A stretch of 64,000 nt of DNA from Pyrinomonadaceae bacterium (GTDB lineage Bacteria; Acidobacteriota; Blastocatellia; Pyrinomonadales; Pyrinomonadaceae). Each line of letters begins with the position of its first letter. Position 1 is the first letter of the stretch. The DNA is taken from contig JBKBYA010000002.1 of NCBI GenBank assembly GCA_046313635.1, forward strand, positions 96,001 through 160,000, in the 5' to 3' direction. Below, in pieces: positions 17,672-31,059 of the stretch. The notes beneath the pieces were generated by a model, which ran no database searches, was not told the DNA's origin, and saw nothing but the letters and a program-made list of their open reading frames with translations. A program made the position numbers and the translations under genes.

Positions 17672-19057
17672 ATGATCGAGAAACGGAGTCTTTTTGCGGT
17701 CTTGGCGCTCAGTGCGTTTGCGATCGCAATGTTTGTTCATGTCGCATCGGGGCAGACGACCAAGAAGAAACCAGTGATAACCAAGCAGCCGGCCGAAAAA
17801 GCCGGTCCGAAGAGTCTGCATGCGGCGCTGGCAGTGGATAGAACGAACGGATTCTATTATGGATTCTCTTTCGACCACCCATCTATCGAGGCAGCTGATC
17901 AGCGGGCGCTCGACGAGTGTACGAAGCGTGGAGGCAGCTGTGCCGTCGTTCTCTCATGGGCCGGAACCGGATGCGGGGCATACCGGACCGTTGCAGCCAA
18001 TGTCGGGACCGCTTACGGATGGGGCGTTGCCGCAACAAAAGAAGAGGCGGACAAAATAGCGACCGAGGAGGCTAGACGCAGGAGCAAAGGGCAACCGGTA
18101 CCGAATTTTGTCTATGCGTGCAATTCTGCTACGCCCGCAGCTCTAGATGTCTTCAGGAACGACGCGACACATACACATCAGATCACTGCTCTCCAGTTCT
18201 CGCCGGACGGCAAGACGCTCGGCTCAGGCAGCTATGACGGTACCGCGCGGCTCTGGAGCCTTACTCGCGGCACCATGCTCAGATCATTTACCGCCGTTAC
18301 CAACGTGGACGATGTTTTCTTTATGAACAACGGCGGACTGTTTGGCTTTCTAGCGGGCAGCCAGATCGCGATTCATGACGCGGCGACGGGCGACGAGCTC
18401 AAAAAGCTGCCGGCGCCCAAGGAGGGCATTAGCTCGGCTAGTCTATCCGCCGACGAAACTACGTTTTCCACGCAAGGATATGAGTCTATCGCTCGATGGA
18501 ATGCCGCCTCGCTCGCGAGGTTCTCATATTTTCGGTTGGGGGCCATCCGGCCCGTTGTTTTTTCCCGCGACGCCCGCCTTGCTGTCTATGGTTTGATGGG
18601 CGGCGGGATCGAGATCGCCGACGCTGCTACCGGCAACCGGATAAGGTCGCTGCAGGGACACCCTGGGCAGGGGCTCGACAATGTCCAGGCTCTCGCTATA
18701 TCGCCCGACAGCCAGTTCATTGCATCGTCCGGGCGTGACAGGGCGATCCAGATCTGGAGCGTAGCCTCCGGATCGAAGATCAAAACACTTCAGGGACATG
18801 GGGACAGAATCCAGGACCTTGTTTTCTCGCCCGATGGCAGAATACTTGCATCGGGGGCGAATGATAAGTTAGTCAAGCTTTGGGATGTTAACTCGGGAGC
18901 TCTATTAGCTACCCTCAACGGGCACACCGATTGGGTCGTCGCCCTCGCCTTCTCGGCTGACGGCCGAATGCTTGCCTCGGGCGGGAATACCGCGGACAGA
19001 ACGATTCGAATTTGGGACGTCTCAACCGGCAAAGAGATCCGGGTCCTGAGCAAATGA
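17672..19057 (+). CDS. Secreted DUF4189-like + WD40 repeat protein
   Basis: Signal peptide; YG.S.....EAA...AL..C...GG.C.VV..W....CGA module; multiple GH...V..L.FS.DG..LASG..D....WD repeats. Confidence 0.88.
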   Translation: MIEKRSLFAVLALSAFAIAMFVHVASGQTTKKKPVITKQPAEKAGPKSLHAALAVDRTNGFYYGFSFDHPSIEAADQRALDECTKRGGSCAVVLSWAGTGCGAYRTVAANVGTAYGWGVAATKEEADKIATEEARRRSKGQPVPNFVYACNSATPAALDVFRNDATHTHQITALQFSPDGKTLGSGSYDGTARLWSLTRGTMLRSFTAVTNVDDVFFMNNGGLFGFLAGSQIAIHDAATGDELKKLPAPKEGISSASLSADETTFSTQGYESIARWNAASLARFSYFRLGAIRPVVFSRDARLAVYGLMGGGIEIADAATGNRIRSLQGHPGQGLDNVQALAISPDSQFIASSGRDRAIQIWSVASGSKIKTLQGHGDRIQDLVFSPDGRILASGANDKLVKLWDVNSGALLATLNGHTDWVVALAFSADGRMLASGGNTADRTIRIWDVSTGKEIRVLSK

Positions 19058-19125
19058 CCTTCCATCCGAAAGATCGGTTCAAGGCCCTATCGGAGCCTAC
19101 TCTCAGAACGCGTGCCACTAGCTAC

Positions 19126-19156
19126 AAAAAGGCCTCGGCGGTTGCCGAAGCCTTTT
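19126..19156 (+). terminator. Intrinsic terminator after the WD40 gene
   Basis: aaaaaggcctcggc-ggtt-gccgaagcctttt. Confidence 0.7.
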
Positions 19157-19251
19157 GATTTTGGGGAGGCTGCAAACTACGCTCGCGGCCAGAGGTGGGC
19201 CGGCCGCGCGGCGGCGGCCGAGGTCGGCCTCCTTCCGCTCCGTGTAATTGA

Positions 19252-19464
19252 ATAGGGCCTCACCAAAATGACGAGGCCCTTTAGGCCTATGTCGAGATCG
19301 TGAATTTCCGATCCCGTCTCTGCCTAAAGGGAAGTCGTGACGCGGCGAGCGGAACTTCGCACTCCGCGTTCGTACCACATTCCCATCCCGCCCATGCCGC
19401 CTTCCGGTTTGTCGTCCGTAAGCTCGGAGATCATCGCCTCGGTTGTGAGCATCCTGCCGGCGAT
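19252..19464 (-). repeat. Direct-repeat remnant of the groEL 3' end and terminator (att-like)
   Basis: Encodes [29 protein letters not shown] versus Gro[37 protein letters not shown]; 19285-19317 is identical to 21550-21582. Confidence 0.92.
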
Positions 19465-19475
19465 GGGGCCGCTCG

Positions 19476-21436
19476 TTATCTCGGGCCGTTTGCAGCGGCG
19501 GGGGCACCGGCACAACGAGATTCGATCTTGCCGCCACGCTTGACGAGCTCAGCTTCGAACTTTGCCGCCTCGTTCTTTTGCCCGAGAGCGCAGTGCGACC
19601 AGGCGAGTGTCTGGTACGCCAAACGCTCGATCGAGGCGTCCTTTTTCGTGAGCAACGGGAGGCCTTTGTTTACGGCCTCGATAGATCTGTCGTAGCTCTT
19701 CATATAGAAGAGAAGGTTGCCGCGATACACGTGACCGATGCCGTAGTTGGGGTCGAGCTTAAGTCCGTCGTTAAATGCAGCGAGGCTCATTGCCTGATCG
19801 CCAAGCCTGGCGTATGCCACACCCGCGATCGTGTATGGCTCAGCAGCTTTCGTGTCTAACAACCTGGCCGCCCAGGCAGAAAGTAGAGCCATTCCATACG
19901 CACCATCATAAAGATAGCCCCATCCTTCCGCATTCAGTTCCGCGGCCGACGGAACTCCGAGCGACTTTGCCTTCGTCAGATCATCGTACCGCGCATCGTG
20001 GCGGCCTATCATCCCGTTGAATCCCGCTCGGTAGGCAAGGTATTTCGCCCGCAGCGCGGTCTCTTGAAGCATCTCGGCCGTCTTAATGGCTTCCCCAAGA
20101 GCCTGCATAGCGGGTTCGTACTCTTTTCGCTCGAAGCCGATCGAAGCGCCGAGAGCGTAGGCCTCAGGATGGACCTCGTTCGCGAGCATAATGACGTTCT
20201 CGAGATCCTCAACGGCCTCATCCGTTTTTCGCAGGCCAAGATAGATCCTCGCCCGCAGAAACCGATAGCTTTCGTTATTCGGAGCCGCGGCGATCGCTTT
20301 ATTTACCGCCGCTAACGCACGGGAGAACTCGCGCTTGTTGAACTGGTCGCGTGCCTCATCAAACTCCCACCAGCCCTTTGGAAACTCAGCGGGCTTTTTC
20401 GCAGGAGTCGCGGCAGGCACGGGGGCGGGCTTTTTCGCTGGCGTCGCTGCTGTCGCGGCGGCGGAACTGCACGGCTTCGTCACCTGGCCTCCAAGCTTGA
20501 GCACTTCCGCCTCGTCCGCTGCCGCTTCCTTCCTTTTCCCCAACGAGCAATATACAGAGGCGCGGAGAGTGAAGGCCTCACGCTTATTCCGCCGGTCCCA
20601 CTCCCTCAAGGTAGTGTTCGGCCGGTCGATGACGAATGTCGCGTCCCTTATCGCCTCGTCAGTCTTCCAAGCAAAAAGGCAAGCTCTCCGCGATGGACGT
20701 ACAACCTTTCGTCGCGCCCGCGTAGACCATCTTTTAGAAGAAGGTCGAGGTTGCGGTAAGCTTCCTCCGTTTTACCGAGTCTGATCCATACGGCGGAGCG
20801 ATTGCGTTCGTACTCGATCCGATGATCCGCGACGAGCGCATTAGTGAAATCCTCAAGGGCGGATTCGAGCTTTCCTTCCTCCATCTTCAGTTTTCCGCGA
20901 AGGTTATACGCGCTCGAAGCACGGTTCGAAGTTGCGATCGCAAGCTCGATGTCCGGAAGGGCGAGATCCTTGCGTCCATTCATCAGGTGGCACTCGGCCC
21001 TATCAGCGAGGATGTATCCCCTTGACCTCGAATCCCAGCCTTTCCACGCCAGCGAGGCGGTATAGTCGCTAATGGCATCCGCATATCGTCCCGACCGGCA
21101 AAATGCATTTGCACGCGCACGATATCTGCGATGCAACGAATCGGGTTTCGAGGTCTTGAGTGTCAGGGTATATTCATCGCCCGCTTCTTTGTACCTGCCA
21201 AGATCGAATAGCAGTCGCGCCCGCAATTCGTAGAAATCCGGCAGGTAGAGTTCTCTCAGGACCAGTTTGTTCTCGCGGGCAAGGCTTATGGCTTTATCGA
21301 TCTCGACGAGGGCCTGGACGTTGTCGTTGTAATGGAGACTGAGCGCCTTTTCGTAATGATCATACGCCGTCTGAGCGCCAATGGAATTTGCGAAAACGAG
21401 GCCCGTAAGGAAACAGGCATAAAGATAGGATCTCAT
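19476..21436 (-). pseudogene. Secreted TPR-repeat protein split by a 1-bp frameshift (or sequencing error)
   Basis: ORFs 20648..21436 and 19476..20609 join if one A is added near 20665, giving LLGKTDEAIRDATFVID (compare RLGKTEEA and LRKTDEA repeats). Confidence 0.8.
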
Positions 21437-21516
21437 GGGATATTATTCTTAAATCCTCCGAAGATCTTCGAGGCTGAGTGGCGGAATAATAGACTTCGGA
21501 CGGCCTGGTTGTAAAG

Positions 21517-21548
21517 CAAAAGGCCCCGCCGACCGGCGAGGCCTTTTG
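21517..21548 (-). terminator. groEL terminator
   Basis: caaaaggccccgcc-gacc-ggcgaggccttttg downstream of the groEL stop. Confidence 0.85.
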
Positions 21549-21599
21549 TGCCTATGTCGAGATCGTGAATTTCCGATCCCGTTTTTGCCTACCGGGAAA

Positions 21600-23353
<1,754 letters not shown>

Positions 23354-23671
23354 CTACTTTGCCGATGCTCCGGCGCGCTCGATGATGCCGAGGATCTCGT
23401 CCTCACGCATGATCAGGAACTCCTCGCCGTCGAGCTTGATCTCGGATCCCGAATACTTGCCAAAAAGAACGCGGTCGCCCTCTCTGACGTCGAGTGTCTG
23501 GCGCGTACCATCTTCCTTGTACTTGCCCTCACCGACGGCGATCACCTCGCCCTCTTGCGGCTTCTCTTTGGCCGTATCGGGGATAAACAGGCCGCCGGCC
23601 GTCTGGTTGACGTTGTCCTCAATGCGACGAACGATGACACGATCGTGCAGTGGTTTGATCTTGGTTGCCAT
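23354..23671 (-). CDS. groES: Co-chaperonin GroES
   Basis: KPLHDRVIV...[13 protein letters not shown]...KYSGSE. Confidence 0.99.
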   Translation of the reverse strand: MATKIKPLHDRVIVRRIEDNVNQTAGGLFIPDTAKEKPQEGEVIAVGEGKYKEDGTRQTLDVREGDRVLFGKYSGSEIKLDGEEFLIMREDEILGIIERAGASAK

Positions 23672-23748
23672 AACTGATCTGCTCCTTTTTCAAATGTGTG
23701 ATTGGGGTTAAGATTGCCATCTGGACCTACGGCCGAGAAGTCGGGCTT

Positions 23749-23775
23749 CTAGCACTGTCTGTCCAAGAGTGCTAG
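23749..23775. promoter_or_regulatory. CIRCE (HrcA operator)
   Basis: CTAGCACTG-N9-GAGTGCTAG versus consensus TTAGCACTC-N9-GAGTGCTAA. Confidence 0.92.
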
Positions 23776-23802
23776 TTTAGAAAACACGATTAAACCTGTC
23801 AA
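23774..23802 (-). promoter_or_regulatory. sigma70 promoter of groESL
   Basis: TTGACA-17 bp-TAAACT abutting the CIRCE. Confidence 0.85.
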
Positions 23803-23853
23803 GGCCGAGAATTGTCGATTCAGAAAATCTGATAATGGTCCACTCATATTTGT

Positions 23854-24657
23854 GTGCGACTCTCGGAAATCAATATTTATCCTGTGAAGTCTCTCGGCGG
23901 CATCCGGCTGGACGAGGCCGTTGCCGAAGCCCGTGGACTGCGTTACGACCGCCGCTGGATGCTTGTCGACGGGGAGGGCCGGTTCCTCTCACAGCGGGAG
24001 CAGCCGCGAATGGCCGCGATACGCATACGCATGGACGGCGACGGCCTTGTCGCAAGTTGCGGAGCCGAGAGCGTCTTGGTCCCGTTCCCGGATCCGGGGC
24101 GAGAGCCCGACCGGCGGGTAAAGGTTTGGTCCAGCTCGGTCAAGGCGGTCTCGTACGATGAGGAAATAGACAGGTGGTTCTCGCAGGCGCTGGCGGTCGA
24201 CTGCCGCCTCGTCGCGATGACAGAGCGGTCGATACGGCGAGTGAATCCTTTTTATGCTGTGCGGAGATCTCAGGATCAGGTCAGCTTCGCCGACGGATAC
24301 CCGCTGCTGCTGACCGGGCAGGGCTCGCTCGACGAGCTCAATTCTCGCCTGAGCTCTCCCGTTACGATGGACCGGTTTCGGCCAAACCTCGTCGTCGAAG
24401 GTGCGGCTCCCTTTGCCGAGGACGAGTGGAAAAAGGTCAGGATAGGCTCGACCGTCTTTCACGTCGTCAAGCCGTGCGCGCGCTGCGTGATAACGACGAT
24501 CGATCAGGCGACCGGCGTCAAGACCGGGCCGGAGCCTCTCAAGACGCTGGCGACATTTCGCTCGCGGGGGAACAAGGTGATCTTTGGCCAAAATCTCATT
24601 TCGGACGAGCCGGGCGGCACGCTCGCTGTCGGCGACCCGGTCGAGGTGCTCGAATAG
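23854..24657 (+). CDS. MOSC domain protein (YcbX-like)
   Basis: IYPVKS, DRRWML, FADGYP, RFRPN, KPCARC..TT. Confidence 0.93.
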   Translation: MRLSEINIYPVKSLGGIRLDEAVAEARGLRYDRRWMLVDGEGRFLSQREQPRMAAIRIRMDGDGLVASCGAESVLVPFPDPGREPDRRVKVWSSSVKAVSYDEEIDRWFSQALAVDCRLVAMTERSIRRVNPFYAVRRSQDQVSFADGYPLLLTGQGSLDELNSRLSSPVTMDRFRPNLVVEGAAPFAEDEWKKVRIGSTVFHVVKPCARCVITTIDQATGVKTGPEPLKTLATFRSRGNKVIFGQNLISDEPGGTLAVGDPVEVLE

Positions 24658-24682
24658 AAATCTCGCTGACCAAATAAAGCCG

Positions 24683-24955
24683 CTACTTCGAGCGGCTTTT
24701 TGATCGGTTTCCGTTTTTGGATCTCGAGACTTTTGCGGCGGCGCGTTGGTGGCCGTTGCCGTTGTAATGCGCCATTCGTTTGGAGAGAGTGTTGCGGTGG
24801 ATGCCGAGCGCCTCGGCGGTGTTTGAGAGATGCTGTCCGTTTCGCTTGAGAGCATTTTGGATATAGAGCTTTTCAAATTCCTCGACGGCCTCAGTCAGCA
24901 AAATTTTGCCGTCGAGCATCTCGGTCACAAGCTCTTCCATACGCTTTCTGATCAT
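24683..24955 (-). CDS. Small Fis-type HTH protein
   Basis: FEKLYIQNAL....HLSNTAEALGIHRNTL. Confidence 0.85.
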   Translation of the reverse strand: MIRKRMEELVTEMLDGKILLTEAVEEFEKLYIQNALKRNGQHLSNTAEALGIHRNTLSKRMAHYNGNGHQRAAAKVSRSKNGNRSKSRSK

Positions 24956-24980
24956 AGACTGCGGCGCAGCGAGGCGGCGA

Positions 24981-25886
24981 TCAATCCTGGTCGAGTTCTT
25001 CGCCCGTCAGGCGGCGATAGGCCTCGAGATAACGTTCTGTGGTTGCTTCAACGATCTCCGGCGGCAGCGGCGGAGCCGGAGGTTCCTTGTTCCAATCGAG
25101 AGTCTCAAGATACTCCCGTACGAACTGTTTGTCGAATGATGCCTGAGGGTGGCCCGGCTCATATGAATCGGCGTCCCAAAACCTGGACGAGTCGGGCGTC
25201 AGGAGCTCGTCGACCATGATGATCTCTCCGTCGGGTGTACGGCCGAATTCGAATTTTGTATCGGCGATGATGATGCCGCGCGTGAGAGCGTACTCGCTCG
25301 CCCGCGTGTAAACATCGAGAGACGTGGACTTCATCTGCGCGGCGACGTCGTGGCCGACGGTCTTGACCATTTCGAGCTGCGAGATGTTTTCGTCGTGGCC
25401 GGTCTTTGCCTTGGTCGAAGGCGTGAAGATCGGACGCAGCAGGCGGTCGCAATGCTGCAGGCCCTTTGGCAGGTCGTGACCGCATACGCTGCGCGACGCC
25501 TTATAGTCCTTCCAGCCGGAGCCCTCGAGGTAGCCGCGAACGACGCATTCGATCTCAAAGACCTCAGCCCGCCTGACGAGCATCGAGCGGCCGCGAAGTT
25601 CCGGATGGCGCCGCACGCGCTCGGGCATCTCTTCAAAATCCGCCGTGATGCAGTGATGGTTGAGCGTCGCGCCGAACTTCTTGAACCACCACGCCGACAT
25701 CGCCGTCAGCACCTTGCCCTTCATCGGGATCGGCGTCGGAAAGACGACGTCAAACGCCGACAACCGGTCGGTCGCGACCAGCAGCAGGCGCTCGTCGTCG
25801 ATCTCGTAAACGTCGCGCACCTTGCCGCGGTGAAGTAGCTTTAATTCTTCGATCGAGGTTTGAATTACCGTTTGTGCCGAAGCCAT
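24981..25886 (-). CDS. purC: SAICAR synthetase
   Basis: [30 protein letters not shown]. Confidence 0.97.
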   Translation of the reverse strand: MASAQTVIQTSIEELKLLHRGKVRDVYEIDDERLLLVATDRLSAFDVVFPTPIPMKGKVLTAMSAWWFKKFGATLNHHCITADFEEMPERVRRHPELRGRSMLVRRAEVFEIECVVRGYLEGSGWKDYKASRSVCGHDLPKGLQHCDRLLRPIFTPSTKAKTGHDENISQLEMVKTVGHDVAAQMKSTSLDVYTRASEYALTRGIIIADTKFEFGRTPDGEIIMVDELLTPDSSRFWDADSYEPGHPQASFDKQFVREYLETLDWNKEPPAPPLPPEIVEATTERYLEAYRRLTGEELDQD

Positions 25887-26010
25887 ATATGGGACAGAGC
25901 CTTTCGTACTGGACAGACCTATTATGAAGCTTCGGATTCTTAAAGAAAAGGGAGCTCGGGTCTGCGGCGGCCGTCTTCACCCGGCCTGGAATTTTCGCTA
26001 TGCTCTAAGT

Positions 26011-27999
<1,989 letters not shown>

Positions 28000-28084
28000 T
28001 CTTGCATCGGGTATAACCGCGGTGTGTTTGGCAGCGGAATGAGAAGCTGCGTTCACGAATCGTGCTTCGCGAGAAATAGCGGCA

Positions 28085-28659
28085 TTTTTGGCAGCGGATG
28101 AAGCGGATGGGGCGGATGAGACGGATAAGAAAATTATTGGCAATTGATTGGAGGTCGATGTGATATCTTTTGTCGACTGTGAGCAGCTTGATGATCGAAG
28201 AAGAAGAACTTACCGGCCGCATTATCAACGTCTTCTATAAAGTCTACAACGCGCTGGGCTACGGCTTTTTGGAGCGTGTCTACCAAAATGCGATGGTCAT
28301 CGAGCTCGCCAGCCAGGGCCTCGTCGTCGAAACGGAGAAAACGATCAGCGTCTTTTACAACGGGAGACTCGTCGGCAGCTTCGCGGCCGATCTCATTGTT
28401 GAAGACAAGGTGATCCTTGAACTGAAAGCGAAAGAAACGATCGCTGACGCGCACGTGGCTCAGCTAACGAATTATCTGCGTTCGACACACTTGGAGGTTG
28501 GCCTGCTCCTGAATTTCGGAAGGAGGCCGGAATTCAAGAGACGATATTTTCCAAATTCAAACAAAAACACGTCTGACGGTTCGGATCCGGGGCTCCTCAA
28601 CAGTCTTTTGTCTTAGGATACGTCCCATCCGTCCCATCCGCTTCATCCGCTGCCAAAAA
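28085..28659. mobile_element. Candidate element: GxxExxY gene inside 39-bp terminal inverted repeats
   Basis: 28085-28123 and 28621-28659 are 37/39 reverse-complement identical and built from 9-bp GCGGATnnn units. Confidence 0.6.
28191..28616 (+). CDS. GxxExxY protein (PD-(D/E)XK-like)
   Basis: GFLERVY motif, ADLIVEDKVILELKA, QL.NYL, GLLLNFG. Confidence 0.93.
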   Translation: MIEEEELTGRIINVFYKVYNALGYGFLERVYQNAMVIELASQGLVVETEKTISVFYNGRLVGSFAADLIVEDKVILELKAKETIADAHVAQLTNYLRSTHLEVGLLLNFGRRPEFKRRYFPNSNKNTSDGSDPGLLNSLLS

Positions 28660-28744
28660 ATCCGTCTGTAACTACGAGGCCGACCGTCACATTAGGCGCA
28701 CAATTGTCGATTGGATAGAATCTGAACTGTGATCCGCAACAACT

Positions 28745-30238
28745 ATGCAGGTTAAGACCTCGATCGACGAGCTTCAGAATTATCTGACCGACGCCAGCAA
28801 TATGCAGGGCGGGTTTGCCGAGAAGCTTTTTATTCCGGAGTCGGAGGCCGAGGTTTGCGAGATCGTGCGCGAGGCGAATGAAGCCGGAACGCTCGTCACC
28901 GTTTCAGGCGCTCGGACGGGCACGGTCGGCGGGGCGATACCGTTCGGGGGCTGCGTGATCTCGCTTGAGCGGCTCGACAAGATCAAGTCGATCGTTCGCG
29001 AAAGGCGCACGGCCGTCGTCGAGCCGGGCGTCGTGCTCGGCGACTTTCAAAGGACCGTCGATGCCGAGGGCTTGTTTTATCCGCCGGACCCGACAGAGTG
29101 GAGCTGCCAGATCGGCGGCACCGTCGCGACAAACGCGTCGGGCTCGCGAAGCTTCAAGTACGGCGCGACGCGCGAGTTTGTAAAGCGGCTGCGCGTCGTC
29201 CTTGCCGACGGCGATACGATCGAGATCAGGCGGGGTGAGAATGCGGCCGACAGCGAGGGCGTTATTCGATTGACGACATCCGGCGGCCGAACGATCTCGG
29301 CAAAGACGCCGACATTCAAGCGAGCCGCCGTCCGCAAAAACGTCAGCGGCTACTACGCCGAGCCGGCGATGGACGCGATCGATCTCTTTATCGGCAGCGA
29401 AGGCACGCTCGGCATCATCACCGAGATCGAGCTCGAGCTGTTGCCAAAGCCCGAGTCGTTCTTCAGCGGCATCGTATTTTTCCCAAACGAGGCCGACCTG
29501 CTGAATTTCGTCGACGCCGCACGCAGTCTCTCATTCGAAAATCGCAAATCGAAAATCGCAAATCCCCTCGACGCCTCCCTGCTCGAGTACTTCGACGATC
29601 AGGCGTTGACGTTCATCAGCGAGCGCTTTCCAGAGGTCCCCGAAGGCATGGCCGGCGCGATCTACTTCGAGCAGGAGACGAATGCGGAGAGCGAGGACCG
29701 TCTGCTCGAGGAGTGGAACGCGCTGCTCGAGAGGCACAACGCCGATCTCGAGCGTTCATGGTTCACGACGACCGACGCCGACCGCGAAAAGCTGCGCGAG
29801 TTTCGTCACGCGCTGCCGGTCGCCGTCAACGAACGCATCGCGCGTTACCGGCGGCGAAAGGTCGGTACAGACATGGCCGTGCCGGACGACAAGTTCGCGG
29901 GATTTTTGCGTTTCTATAAACAGATACTCGGCGAGAGCGGTCTCGACTACGTGATCTTCGGGCACATCGGCGACTGCCACCTGCACGCGAACATTCTCCC
30001 CAAAGACGCGGCCGAAGCGGAGAAAGCACGGCACATCTACGGCCGCTCGATCGCGCAGGCCGTGATGCTCGGCGGCGTCGTCTCGGCCGAGCACGGCATC
30101 GGCAAGCTGAAATCAAAATACCTCCACGTGATGCTCGGTGAGCGTTATCTGAACGAGATGGCCGAGGTCAAACGGGCGTTTGACCCGAAGGGAATTCTTG
30201 GCCGCGGCAATATGATCGCGGAGCGATTCTTGTTCTGA
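28745..30238 (+). CDS. FAD-linked oxidase (GlcD/D-lactate dehydrogenase family)
   Basis: YPPDP, IGGTVATNASG, GSEGTLG, GHIGD..LH, SAEHGIG. Confidence 0.92.
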   Translation: MQVKTSIDELQNYLTDASNMQGGFAEKLFIPESEAEVCEIVREANEAGTLVTVSGARTGTVGGAIPFGGCVISLERLDKIKSIVRERRTAVVEPGVVLGDFQRTVDAEGLFYPPDPTEWSCQIGGTVATNASGSRSFKYGATREFVKRLRVVLADGDTIEIRRGENAADSEGVIRLTTSGGRTISAKTPTFKRAAVRKNVSGYYAEPAMDAIDLFIGSEGTLGIITEIELELLPKPESFFSGIVFFPNEADLLNFVDAARSLSFENRKSKIANPLDASLLEYFDDQALTFISERFPEVPEGMAGAIYFEQETNAESEDRLLEEWNALLERHNADLERSWFTTTDADREKLREFRHALPVAVNERIARYRRRKVGTDMAVPDDKFAGFLRFYKQILGESGLDYVIFGHIGDCHLHANILPKDAAEAEKARHIYGRSIAQAVMLGGVVSAEHGIGKLKSKYLHVMLGERYLNEMAEVKRAFDPKGILGRGNMIAERFLF

Positions 30239-30262
30239 GACTTTGTAGATAACATCGATCCT

Positions 30263-30958
30263 ATGACGGTAAAAGCACTCTTGTTCGACTTTAACGGCGT
30301 CGTCATCAACGACGAGCCGATCCAGATGCGCATCTACCAGCAGGTGCTCGCCGATCACGGCATCGCCCTCAGCGAGGCGGATTACTACTCGGCGCTCGGG
30401 ATGGATGACAAGACCTTTGTCCAGAACGCCTTTGCTCGTGCGGGCGCCGCGGCCGATGAGCTCAAGACGCTCGATGTCGTGACCGCCAAGTCGCAGCTCT
30501 GGCGCGAGGAGGTCGCGGCCGAGGTCCCGCTGTTCCCGAATGTCGAGAATTTCATTCGCAAGGCGGCGAACGAAATGGCCCTCGGCATCGTCAGCATGTC
30601 AAACCGCGCCGACATCGAATACATTCTCGAGCGGACAGATCTCACCGACTGCTTCGAGATCATCGTCAGCGCCGAGGACGTCGACAAGCCTAAGCCCGAC
30701 CCGCAGTGCTATCGCGAGGGCTTTCGCAAGCTCGATCTCGCGCGCATCGCCGCCGGTCACCTGCCGATGGTGCACAGCGAATGCGTCGTGATCGAGGACG
30801 CGCCGCCGGGCGTGGCCGCTGCGCGCGCGGCCGACCTGCAGGTGCTCGGCGTGACAAATACCGTCGCTGCCGGAGACCTCCGCGCGGCCGGTGCACGCTG
30901 GATCGCCAAAGATCTCAACGACTGGTGGCCCGAGTCGATCCGCAGAGCCTTTGCGTGA
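30263..30958 (+). CDS. HAD family hydrolase
   Basis: FDFNGV (DxD motif altered to DxN), KPDP, IED...G. Confidence 0.88.
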   Translation: MTVKALLFDFNGVVINDEPIQMRIYQQVLADHGIALSEADYYSALGMDDKTFVQNAFARAGAAADELKTLDVVTAKSQLWREEVAAEVPLFPNVENFIRKAANEMALGIVSMSNRADIEYILERTDLTDCFEIIVSAEDVDKPKPDPQCYREGFRKLDLARIAAGHLPMVHSECVVIEDAPPGVAAARAADLQVLGVTNTVAAGDLRAAGARWIAKDLNDWWPESIRRAFA

Positions 30959-30964
30959 GGCTTG

Positions 30965-31047
30965 AAGTTCAAGGTTCAAAGTTCAAGGTTCAAAGTTGAG
31001 GCCGGATGAGCATTTAACTTTGGACCTTGAACTTTGAACTTTGGACC
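30965..31047. repeat. Inverted heptamer tandem arrays
   Basis: (a/g)gttcaa units, short spacer, then ctt(t)g(g/a)ac complements. Confidence 0.85.
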
Positions 31048-31059
31048 AACGAAGTTTTT

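Noticed and set aside
19324..19515. 63-aa ORF containing a GroEL-like tail
   Set aside because: It is the duplicated groEL remnant with no credible start, not a gene.
25887..26010. LexA/SOS box upstream of uvrB
   Set aside because: No convincing known LexA motif; only a short ggacaga direct repeat of unclear meaning.
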